A DNA stretch of 49,383 nt from Thelocarpon superellum. Lineage: Eukaryota. The stretch is taken from contig JAPEUG010000096.1 of NCBI GenBank assembly GCA_026025795.1, positions 1-49,383 on the forward strand, written 5' to 3'. This document shows positions 33,171 through 43,703 of the stretch, in pieces. The notes under the pieces were generated by a model. That model was not told the origin of the DNA. It searched no databases and saw only the letters and a list, made by a program, of their open reading frames with translations. Position 1 is the first letter of the stretch; each line of letters starts with the position of its first letter. Made by a program: the position numbers and the translations under genes.

Positions 33171-35999
33171 TCAATAGTGAACCCGCCGCGCGGCCCGTCG
33201 TGCGCCGCTACCGATACTGATGGTGCTCAACTCTTCGCTGAGTGCCGATAGGTCGTCCCGTCCCGCTTTCATGGGCACCTTGGCGGGCACGGGGGGCGGT
33301 CCCGAGAGGGAGCTTCGAGCGCCGTCTTGATAAGGGGGGCTGGCAGGAAGATAAACCGACCCGTAATTCTCGCGCTCACGAAGCGGATACTCGGTGGCTG
33401 AGGAGCGGGGGGCTGTCGAGCGACTCCCGAATGACCCCCCGGCACTGGACGTGGCCAATGCTGGCGATGAAGCGTGTGCACGGATGCGTTTTTGCAGCCG
33501 ATTCCGTGTGGTGTTACCGGATGGGCTGGCCATCTGAGGGTCTTCGTCATGTTGCACGTAGGTGGGCGTGGCCATCATCGACGACCGCGCCGGGTGGTCT
33601 CGCGCTGGTCGACGCCCGGACGCGGGCATCGGCTGGGCTCCCTGTGGAGAGTGGCGGCTGCGTGCCTTGTGAGCCATCTTGCGCTCCGGCTCCGGCGCCC
33701 AGGTGTCCGCGGGTAGGTGATCCGAAGGATCGATGAGTCGGCCATCGCTCCCACGAATGGGCTCGTCGGTCGAACCCCTGCTCGCATCGCGTGAATCTAC
33801 CAACGGGGCGTCGGGTACCCGTCCGGTTGCTGACGATCTTCCACTACGATTGGAGGTAGATGACGTGCGCGCCTTGGGGTTGAAGGCATCATACGCATCA
33901 GGCGAGAAGGGCATGCCGGAGAGGCTCGCCTCCTCCGGCATCGACGGTGCGGCCGGGCTGATCGACGCCCGCAGAGGTGATCGGGCACCGGGGCTCACGG
34001 CTTGCGGTCTGAACATGGGCGCCGAGGACCGATGTGCGTGCCGTATGGAGCCTTCCTCCGAGGGGAAGGTGGAAGCGGAAGCCTTGGATGACAGGTCATA
34101 ATGCGACTGCGAGTGTCGAAAGACCCGCGCCGACGGCTGGAAGCTGGCGTTGGCCTGGGCTGGCATCTCCGAGCGCCGGCGCCATCCCGCTTGGCGCTCC
34201 TGGAAGTTGCGGTGAGAAAGGTCGGCCGCCACGATGGGATCATAGCCAGGGATGAGGCTTGGAGGCATGTACTGCGCGTCCTCATGGAAAGACGAGGTCA
34301 TGGCATCGCCCGAATGTCGACGTCCTTGACTGTGGGAGCTCCGGGAAGCGTTCGAACGCTGATAATTGTACCCACGGGCGCTGGGAGGCGAGGGAGTCGC
34401 CATCTGCGGGGCTGGATAAGACGTCGAGGCCGAATGAGCGGGGGACGGAATTTCCCCGCTACTCCGGTGAGTCGCTATGTTCAGCGGTGCCGGTGGCTGG
34501 GCGAGGTCGTGGCTATGCCGACCCTGGCGCCCATGTAGACTCATCGGACTCACACTGCTCCGGTGCGAGGGAGGTGGAGGCGGCTCCTCCGACGTCCCCA
34601 CGAGGCTGCGACCTTCGTCCCAAGATCCCTGACGAGGACCGCCCCGGTGCGAGCCGTGATCTAGCCCGGAATCATGAGATGAGTGGGAGCTAGGTCGGTG
34701 CTCGGTCGACTCGGAGTATGCATGATGGCGTCCGGCCTGACTAAATTCCGGTAGTGACGGGCGCGAATGCGCAATTGAGGGGGCCGACTGTGAATGTGGC
34801 AGGGCAGCACCTCCACGCAGCGATGCTACCGTGGCACTCGGAGCGTACGTTCGGCCGTTGTGTGCAGGAGGAGGAGGCGGTTGGTCCCCGTTAATGGATG
34901 GGTAGGGCTGATCCATGGATTGATGTGCGCGTGGCTGATATGGCGCCTCGTGCGACGGCAAGAAGGGTCCGTCAGCCTCACCTGCGACACCGTAAGAACG
35001 TCCGTGAGGTTGCTGGGTCATATTGTTGTTGGCCGGGAAGGCGTTGTAGGGCGCATAGTCATCCATCGGCTGCAGTGGGGCAAGCACCATCGTATGCTGT
35101 CCGGAGAGAGCTGGGTCGTACGGAGACTCGGGGTCCCACGCCGACTGGTGGTCCATCGCGGAAGGGGGCTGGGAATGGTGTGGGGATGGCGCGGGCGATG
35201 GATAGCCGGCCATATTTGGAGCCGTGCGTAACTGATACTCGGGCGGTTCGGGGTAGGCACGCGGTTGCATGTGGGCGTTGAGCAATGGCCCTGCGGGATC
35301 CGGGAGGGCCATGGAAGAGGGCGCGGACGGAGTGTGAACCGGGTCGTTGGGCAAGGGTCTCCGCTTGATGGGCTTCAGCTGCCGCGGTCCTCCAACCGTG
35401 TCCCGCTCCGGGCTGTCTCGTGCCGTTTCTTTGCGCAATTCTTGGCGACGGTCTTCTTTGGGTCGGATGTCGTAGTATGTCAACTCCATCCGGATCTCGC
35501 CAGCGTATCGACCTTTGCAATTGAGGGCGTGCCAGCCGTCGGAACGGCCCCCGCCGCGCACCACGACGCTCTCGAGACTGACCCAGGCCTCCCCAATTAA
35601 GTCGGTCTTCTTGTCGTCATTGAAGACCGACACCTTCAATTGGTAATAATCGGGCGAGTCGTGGACGGTGAAGCGGAGTTCCTGATCCCTATCGGCACAC
35701 GGCGTTAGCATCTACGTCCTCGGGATGAGCGGTGCAAGATCGGACGCGTACCACTTGGGCGTCTGGCCCCCTCTCTTGTCTGTCTGGGTTTTCTTGGCCT
35801 CTTTTCCCAAGCGAGCGGCGCAGTAAGGATCCTGTTTTCCGATCGTCTTCCGGTTGGGCAGATTCTTGGCCTTGTCGAGGATGACGACTAGGTCACCGAT
35901 CTCGGGTCCGTCGACGGTCATGTCGGCATAGATGCCCGCCGTGTGCGTCGCGGATATGCCCGGCATGCTGGGCGGACCTGGTTTGACCAGCCGAGTCAT
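33171..35999 (-). CDS. INN1: C2-domain cytokinesis ingression protein (Inn1/Fic1-like); exons 35999-35752, 35688-33171
   Basis: C2 domain EIGDLVVILDKAKNLPNRKTIGKQDPYCAARLGKEAKKTQTDKRGGQTPKW-DQELRFTVH...FNDDKKTDLIGE...GRYAGEIRMELTYYD, then a long Pro-rich tail with PxxP motifs (KRRPLP, PPPVPAKVP). 63-nt intron. Confidence 0.88.
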
Positions 36000-37136
36000 G
36001 GTGATCGATGTGGAGGGGGAAGGTAGGGTGGTGGGGGGATGGTGAATCAGGTGGGGAATGGAGAGCGACGAGAGGAGGATGAGCGCCGGTTCATATGTCC
36101 GCCATGCACCGAATGAATTCAATTGTGCGTGATAAGGAACGTGGACGTGGATGAAAGGTGGAGTTTTCGTCGATCCGGTCGAAGCTTGGTCAGATTCGAG
36201 ATACTCCCGTAACCACGTCGTCTGGCGTAAACGAGCAAAACAATGCACCTGCAGCTGCGACGTCACTGAACGGCAAGCAAACGCCGTGAAGCCCACCGGT
36301 CGCAGAGCCGGGAACGGTCAGACGGGATGGTCGACTGGAATGAAGGATGAGGCATGAATCCCGGAGCACAGGAGAGAGAAGATGCAAACAGCGACGGGGT
36401 GGGAGGAGGACGAGGACAGTTGCTTCAGTCATTCCTGCCCATCCTTTTTCGACAGTGTCTCGGTCGCCGCTTGACGGAGCTGGTGGCGCCCAAGCCACCT
36501 CAAATTCAAGTTGGTTGGTCGCTTGGCCGCTGGCCCGCAGCAGTTGGCTGCCTCTCGCTTAGCCTGCGAGGGACGCATGCGTCCTTTCTCGCTCCGCTCG
36601 CCCTCGCTAGCCAAGCGGTGATAGGCTGCCCCCCCGCAGGGACCAGCCTCTTCCTTCCACCGGCGCAAGCGACCCGCTAACTTGGTGCACCAAGGCGCCC
36701 CAGCCACACTGACAGAGCCTAAACACCCCGTCCAGACCCGATGACGGGTTGATGATCCAGTGGTCGATGAACCAGGGGCTCGAGGCGTACCGGTAGGTGC
36801 GCCCAGTATGGCTGACGCCTCCGTCGGCCAATCCGCAGTCACCAGGCCGATCGTTTCGGTACCTTACATGATGCATCCTAGAATCTGGTTCTGGTCGAGC
36901 AGCTAGAGTAGACGGCACTTGGGACAGACCACGCTCCGGAGCTAAGCCTACGTTTTACACGTCACCTCTTCGCGTTGCTTCTACTCGTCGAGGTTATCTC
37001 AGGTACCGCGCCCACCTCGATACTTGTCTCGTACAAGGACATGGATGCGGATGGGTGAGTGGTGACGCGCGGTCGACGTCGTCACGTCCAACACCCAAGC
37101 TGTGGCCATGTTCGTCCATCACTTGGACGAGGGACC

Positions 37137-38849
37137 TCACCATGCCTTGTGTCGTTTCGTCCCTCTTTTTGCCTGCGACACCCCATCAAAGTCAAAAACA
37201 TAGCCGTCCATGTCGTACGAGTCGGCCTTGGCCTCGTTGTCGCCTTGGCGATGGCGCACGCCGTGACGCGCCCGAGCAGTCTCGGCGTCAGACCGGTTAC
37301 GGACCTCAGGAAACGTTGGGAGCAAGGCCCGGTCAATTTCTTTGGGGTTTTCGCGCCACCAGGCCTCCGCGTCAGCGAGATACGCATGGGGTTTCTTTCC
37401 TAAGGCTTCCGACGCCGTCCAACGCGCACGCGGATCCCATTTGAGTAGCCCGGCGAGCATTGCTACCGTCCCAGTCGTTGTCGTGGAAAACTTGCGTGCG
37501 AGATTGTCGACGCGACCCGGCGGAAGGGAGGTTCGACGCCACTGCAGGAGCTCGGGACATCCCATCTCGCTGAGGGCCCCTAGATCAGCCGATGACGGGC
37601 TCCCAAGTAATTTGACGATCAACGCCAGTTGGTCGACCTCGCGCTCACCCGGCAGCACTGGTTCCGACAGGAGTAATTCTCCGAGCACTATACCGGCCGA
37701 CCAGAGATCGACCGCGGGCGTGTACTGCCGCGCCCCTAGCAAGAGCTCCGGTGCGCGGTACCAGATAGTGACGACGCCGGCTGTCAGCGGCCGCGCCGAG
37801 TATTCGCGAGCCATGCCGAAATCCGCTGCGCCCCGTAGAGCACGTCAGCACGAGTCTGTGGCAGGCGCAGGAGACAGCCGTACCAATCTTGAGGATTCCT
37901 CGTGCCGTGAGTAACAGGTTCTGCATCTTGATATCTCTTTGACGCGCCACGGCTCGTCAGATCCATCGTCCCTAGCCACGGGGAAGCGGGGGGGTTTTGT
38001 TGTGTTGCACGTACCGATGGATGATGTCGTTCCGATGTAGATACTCGAGGCCTTCGAGAAGTTGGCGGAAAAGGCACTTCACTGTCATGGGCTTAGCCTC
38101 GGTTTCGCCGACGGTAGCATCCAGCAGGATCCGTCGCCTACCCTCACTCAGTTTAAACTGGACGTGAAGTTCGTCGAGAAGATTGGCCATGTCCTGAGAG
38201 TTCCTCAAAATCGGCACATCCCCGGCCGTATTGGGCCCAGGGACATCAGCCAGCAGGGTCGGCCGAACGCGCTCGTCACGGGTACCGGTTGCCCTTACAG
38301 ACACCCAGGATTACCCACCTGCTCCGCGTATTCCATCACCATGTACACCTGATCCAAGTCGCTGCTGGGCTCTCCATCACGATTCCCCTGCTGACCGGCG
38401 CTGGCCGCGACGTCCAAGACATTGACAATGTTGGCGTGGCTGAGGGAACGAAGAATGCTGATCTCGCGGAGGGCGGTGATGGGGATGCCATTCTGACGCT
38501 CGTCGCGCTCGATACGGACTTGCTTCAGCGCCACAATCGTAGACGTGCGCCGATCGCGTGCGCGGGAGACGACCCCATACGCTTGCAATTGATCAGCCAA
38601 TCGCACCGGGCGTTTGAGCATGGCAGCCGGATGATAGAGGAGACACTCACAGCCTTCGCCGAGATGGTTGAGTGTCTCAAAGGATTCAATGGCTGCGCAG
38701 CTTCCTGGAAGACCGGGTCAGCTTTGGTAGATGTGCTTTCCGTACGCTCCCCGCCCACCTAGGAAGCCCCCGGAACAATTCAGATCCAACGGCTGTCCGG
38801 TGATTGATAGCCATTGCGGAAGCGAATCGGATCCGCCAGGATCTGCCAT
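37137..38849 (-). CDS. Cyclin-dependent kinase of the CDK10/CDK11 group; 7 exons: 38849-38759, 38704-38651, 38581-38319, 38193-38142, 38081-38015, 37936-37884, 37825-37137
   Basis: Spliced product: [130 protein letters not shown]. All six introns are GT-AG and keep the frame. Confidence 0.9.
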
Positions 38850-39068
38850 GACCAGATCCACAAAGCTGCGTGTGTGGTCTCACGACATGCTAGATATCAA
38901 GTGCGTTGACGGGGAATGCGAAGTATCGCCGGTAAGTCTTCGAAGCTCAGGCCATCGCTTGTCTCGCAGCCGAGACAGCGATATCAGAAACGGAACAAAG
39001 TGGCCATCGGTCATCCTCTATCCGTCCATATGACGACAACACTCTAGGAACGCCGTGGATCAGACGCC

Positions 39069-40068
39069 ATGTCTCCTTCACTGGCTCCATCAAGCACGAA
39101 AGGGGCTGCACTAGGCCTGAGCCCGTCACAACTCGACTCGTTTCACGAAGATGGCTATTTGGTAGTTCCAGATGCATTGGACTCATGGACGGTGGCGAAG
39201 CTGCTCTCCACCACACAACACATGCTGGCCGACTTTTCGCTCGACGACCATCCGATGACCCGGTTTTCCACCGGCGAAGGCGAGTCCAAGGCTCATGTTG
39301 GGGACGAGTATTTTTTGACCAGCGGCGATAAGATTCGTTACTTCTTTGAAGAAGGTATGCTTTGCTAGCGGGCGCCTGGATTGAACCCCCATCTGAAGCC
39401 AGGCAGATGCCTTTGGCACCGATGGTGCCCTCCGCAAGGCCAAGGCGCGGGCCATCAATAAGATTGGCCATGCTCTGCACGTTCTCTCGCCTCCCTTCGC
39501 ACGCGTGACCCTCTCGGCCACCAATGCAGCCATGGCGCGGACTCTGGGTTTTCAGGATCCCCGAGTGCTGCAGAGCATGATCATCTGCAAGCAGCCCGAG
39601 ATTGGCGGCCGTGTGCCCCCTCATCAAGACAGCACCTTCCTCTACACCGATCCACCCAGCGCTATCGGCTTCTGGTATGCCCTGGAGGACGCCACCGCGG
39701 CAAATGGGTGCTTGAGTTTCGCCAAAGGAAGCCACCAACGCACCCCCGTGCGCCAGCGATTCGTGCGGTCCGAGCAGAGCGGCACGGACTTTGTGGACGT
39801 GAGCGGGTCTCCGTGGCCCCACGATGGCCTGACATACGAAGACGCCAGCGATGGACATGACGCGACCGACGACGCATACACCCTGGAAGAGGTGCGGGCG
39901 GGGACGTTGATGCTGATCCACGGCAATCTACTGCACAAGAGCGAGAGGAATCTTAGCGGCCGAAGTCGCTTTATCTATACGTTTCATGTCATCGAAGGCA
40001 AGCACGAGTACGATGGAAGGAATTGGCTGCAGCCTAGCAACGACGGTTTTGCCCGCTTGCCTCGATGA
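39069..40068 (+). CDS. PHYHD1: Phytanoyl-CoA dioxygenase family Fe/2OG oxygenase (PHYHD1-like); exons 39069-39354, 39407-40068
   Basis: DEYFLTSGDKIRYFFEE-DAF, AINKIGHALH, QSMIICKQPEIGGRVPPHQDSTFLYTDP (HxD), WYALEDAT..NGCL, LIHGNLLHKSERNLS.RSRFIYTFH and NWLQP. Confidence 0.92.
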
Positions 40069-40094
40069 ATTCCGAAACTCCTCAACGCGGCGCG

Positions 40095-41250
40095 CTATGA
40101 TGGTGGTACGTAGGGATGCACGAGCATCTCGCTGAACCTTGGCACAGTCAGCACGGATGATCCCGGGAGCGGAGGATATCGCCAGCGTACATACTTCTCC
40201 AGCCGCTCCTTCCCGCGAACCTCTTCTACTAAGAGCGGCATCTTGACCACGTTGAACTCATCGTATAATTCTTCAATCTGGTCCAAGTACTTCTTCTGCA
40301 TCCTGCGCCGCGCGTTACACTGCTCGCACTCGCTGCCGGGCTTGGGGAAGAGTAGCTGGTTGACGACGATGCAATGCGTGTCGATCTCGTAACTCGCCAG
40401 CTCTTGAATCATCCGCTCCGTCTCGTAGAGACTTAGGAACTCGGGAATGCAGACGCAAACGAAGGTGGTCAGGTCTGCATCCTTGAACTGCGTGTTGACC
40501 TCGGCGATGGTTTCACGCAGCGATTCCATCTTGGCGAGCATGTCGTCCAAGTTTCCACCCCCTGGCATGCCCCCACGCGCGCCCATGATGGTGTTCAGCA
40601 TGGGGCCAAACTGCGTTGACAACTGCGAGATCTTGGCCAAGGCCTTCTCGAGTACCGTGGGAAATTGAAGAAATCTCAGCGTGTGTCCGGTCGGAGCGGT
40701 GTCGAAGATGATGGTCTCGTAGGAGAGGGACTTGACTTGCTTCAGGACCTCGGCGAAGGACATTGCCTCGTCCACTCCGGGGATCTACGCTCAACATCAG
40801 CAACGACGCACGAATTCATGGACTACCGCGGCACGAGTAGTTGTGTAGGAGACGCACGCTAAAGGCCAGGTCCTGCATCATTCCCCCCATGCCACCCAGC
40901 CCGCCGCCGGCTGCATCGTCGCCTTCGCTCGCGCCTGCCAGCAGCTCTTGCATGCTGCCGTTGGGATCGATCTCCATGGCGCTCAAGTTGGTGAAGCCTT
41001 CGACCAAGCGTGCCTCTTTCCCAAACTTTTGACTGAAGGCATCGCTAAGGTTGTGGGCCGGGTCGGTTGAGATGAGGAGGACGGAGCGGCGATGCTTGGC
41101 CAGCTGGATGGCCAACGAGCATGACGTGGTAGTTTTGCCTACACCGCCTTTTCCGCCCACGAAGATCCAGCGCAAGGAGCGTTGATCAAGGATCGACTGA
41201 AGCGTGGGCTCGAGGGCATCTTCGCCATTGACCACGGCGGTGGATGACAT
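40095..41250 (-). CDS. GET3: ATPase Get3/ASNA1 (tail-anchored protein targeting); exons 41250-40858, 40784-40195, 40137-40095
   Basis: [17 protein letters not shown]-loop, [48 protein letters not shown] and the CxxC motif CEQC. Confidence 0.97.
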
Positions 41251-41506
41251 GGCGGGAGCTGCGAGCGAGAGATGGGCCTCTACGTCAAGTTGGATCTGGA
41301 TGTTTAAAGTCCACTCCGGTGGTCGTTAGATCCGCGGGGTTGGTGTGTGTCGTCTGACGGACTTTGCCTTGCTCGCCATGGCTACAGCTACATGAAACAT
41401 AGTCTCGATGTGTCAAGTGGCCTGATCCTCGGTCGAGCAAAACTCTCCATTCCGATCATCGTCCCTTGATGTCTCCTCCAAAAGAATTGTTAACACCTTC
41501 ATCATC

Positions 41507-41893
41507 ATGTCATCTCCCCCCATTTCCTGCCATGTGCTCGACACAACCACGGGTCGCCCGGCAACCGCAGTGGCGGTCACGCTGACGCTTATCAAACCAT
41601 TGGGGCCTTCGACACCCTTCACGGCTACAACGGATCAGGATGGGCGCGTCCGGGCGTGGAACAACGAGCCCGGACCACCCATTGAAGAAGTTATTGCCTC
41701 GTCGTCGGCACAAGCCAGCGCCGCGCCCATGGTGTGGTCGTTGAAGTTCGATACCGGCAGCTACTTCGGCATCGGCCAGACCTTCTTCCCCGAGGTTGAA
41801 GTCAAGATCCTCGTGGCGGGCGGCGCCCACCAACACTATCACGTTCCCTTGCTGCTCGGTCCTTATAGCTACACGACGTATCGAGGGTCCTGA
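41507..41893 (+). CDS. 5-hydroxyisourate hydrolase (transthyretin-like), 128 aa
   Basis: ISCHVLDTTTGRPA, TDQDGR, FFPEV, HYHVPLLLGPYSYTTYRGS, ending in the diagnostic YRGS. Confidence 0.95.
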   Translation: MSSPPISCHVLDTTTGRPATAVAVTLTLIKPLGPSTPFTATTDQDGRVRAWNNEPGPPIEEVIASSSAQASAAPMVWSLKFDTGSYFGIGQTFFPEVEVKILVAGGAHQHYHVPLLLGPYSYTTYRGS

Positions 41894-43703
41894 GCTAAGC
41901 TTCATTGTCCTGGTCGAGAGGTTCCTGCCCTCCAAGGATGGCAGATGTTTGCTGCGAGCCTAGATGTTCCTCGACCAACGACCCCACTATACCGTTACCG
42001 CCGTCTGCCTTTGTCGAAACAACCTGTCAGATACAGTTAGTCCGCCAATATGATCTTCAAACTACGAGTAGAAAGTCATAGCTCAGCGGCGGACAGGCGG
42101 TTCAAGCGACGGTGGATCATGCGTCCGGTACCTGGAATGATGTACCGCCTTGTGTAGTAAGCGCACTACGCTCAGTATCTGATATGCGTTCCGCGCCGAC
42201 AAAAGCTGCGGTCCAGACGGATGGTGGTTGCGTCACGTGCGATCACGGACCGGCTCCTTATACGTCATCGCGCCAGCCACCCCTGCAAGCTGCGTCACTC
42301 CCGCGAGCCGCCATCGGCCTTTCCCACCTCGTCCTCCGTAAGATTTCGGTCGCAGCCAAACGCTGCACGGTCTCCCCCGACAACGATCGTCTGTCGGATG
42401 CTCGTGAGCGTTGTGGTTGGAGCAGGCTAGCGACACTATCTGGCCAGGCGAACACTACTACTGACATCTGGGGGTGGGGGGCGGGGTCCATGAAACTGAT
42501 CGTCTCGTACTGATATGCACGGTGCTATCATACTTTATAGGCGCGAGGGACTCGAAGGTCGCCAGTCGCGCTGCCACCCGTCAAGGTGTTGAGGCCCATT
42601 TCTCGCCAGCTGATCTGCGTCTACGAAAGAAAGGAGAACGGGCCCCTGCTTACACATGTGCCTACGCGATGACCCATACACGTCCCGCCTTGAGAATCGC
42701 ACCGCGAGGAATGCATCACGCCTTGGATAAGCGTCGGCGCGGTTCAGATACTTGTAGATTTCCGAATACTCCAATAACCCTTAGATTCAGACGGCACATG
42801 ACGTACGAGATCGGATGTAGTAGCACCGGTAGTAGTTGCTCGCAGTAGATTGAGCGAGAAGCGACGCGGACGGCGCTGGTCTTGTGCTCCGTACGGGGCC
42901 GTACTCCTACTGGTTGTGGCAGCGGAGTTCGCCACCGCCGGACGTATCAAAGCAAACCCGACCCTCGCTTGGTTCGGAGTGGATCATCCGCAGTCGAGGA
43001 GGGCCAGTACCGCTGGCTGAGGGCGTCGGACGATGGCGACTTTAAATGTCCCTAACACTGTCGGTGCGCACATTGCTCGGCAGCGGGTCTTATGTGACCG
43101 CCGAGTGTGCCGACGAACGAGCACGTTCATGGTGGGATCCAGATGGGCGAATCTATGGTACTTTGCCGACGGCGCATTCTCTGATTTATTTCTTCCGCCC
43201 CTTGTGCTCGTCACTATCCTTAGGAAGGTCGCGCTCGATAGGTAGATCGAAGTGCCAAGGGTGCGTAATCCTCGTCCCGGTTACTTCATACTCGTGCGTA
43301 GCGGGCCGTGGGGGGCGGGCTCGATGGTCCGAAGAATTTCCGGCTAGGGGAGATTCGCTGGGGGGGGCCGCCCGCTCGCCTTGTCTTGCCCAGCGCCAGG
43401 TTAACCAGGAGCCAGGAGCACAATTTGCCTCGATCAGCGTCATTGAACGTCAACCCTCACGCCTGACGCCCAAACGGCCACACGCCTCTTCCCACACGTC
43501 CACACGCACCACAGCCGCACACTACTGCGGTTCCCATCGCGTCTGCGCTTCTCCAGCCCTGGTCCAACATTTGCGACCCATCGAGCCATCGAGCCATCAA
43601 GCGTCCGACTTGGGCGGCTCCTCCGGCTCCTATCCCGTTCGTCCTCCCCGGTCGGCAGAAAAGAGAGGCGCCCCTAGTCCCACGTCATCGTGAAGCGGCC
43701 ACC

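Noticed and set aside
36745..36825. Possible C/D-box snoRNA (TGATGA...CTGA with GACGG/CCGTC flanks)
   Set aside because: The C box lacks the leading purine, the terminal stem is offset, there is no convincing rRNA-complementary guide, and it is antisense to both neighbouring genes.
41891..41903. TGA-GCT-AAG-CTT (AKL) after the HIU hydrolase stop as a readthrough PTS1
   Set aside because: AKL is not followed by a stop, the context is not TGA-CTA, and the enzyme needs a terminal YRGS. No upstream in-frame PTS2 was found either.
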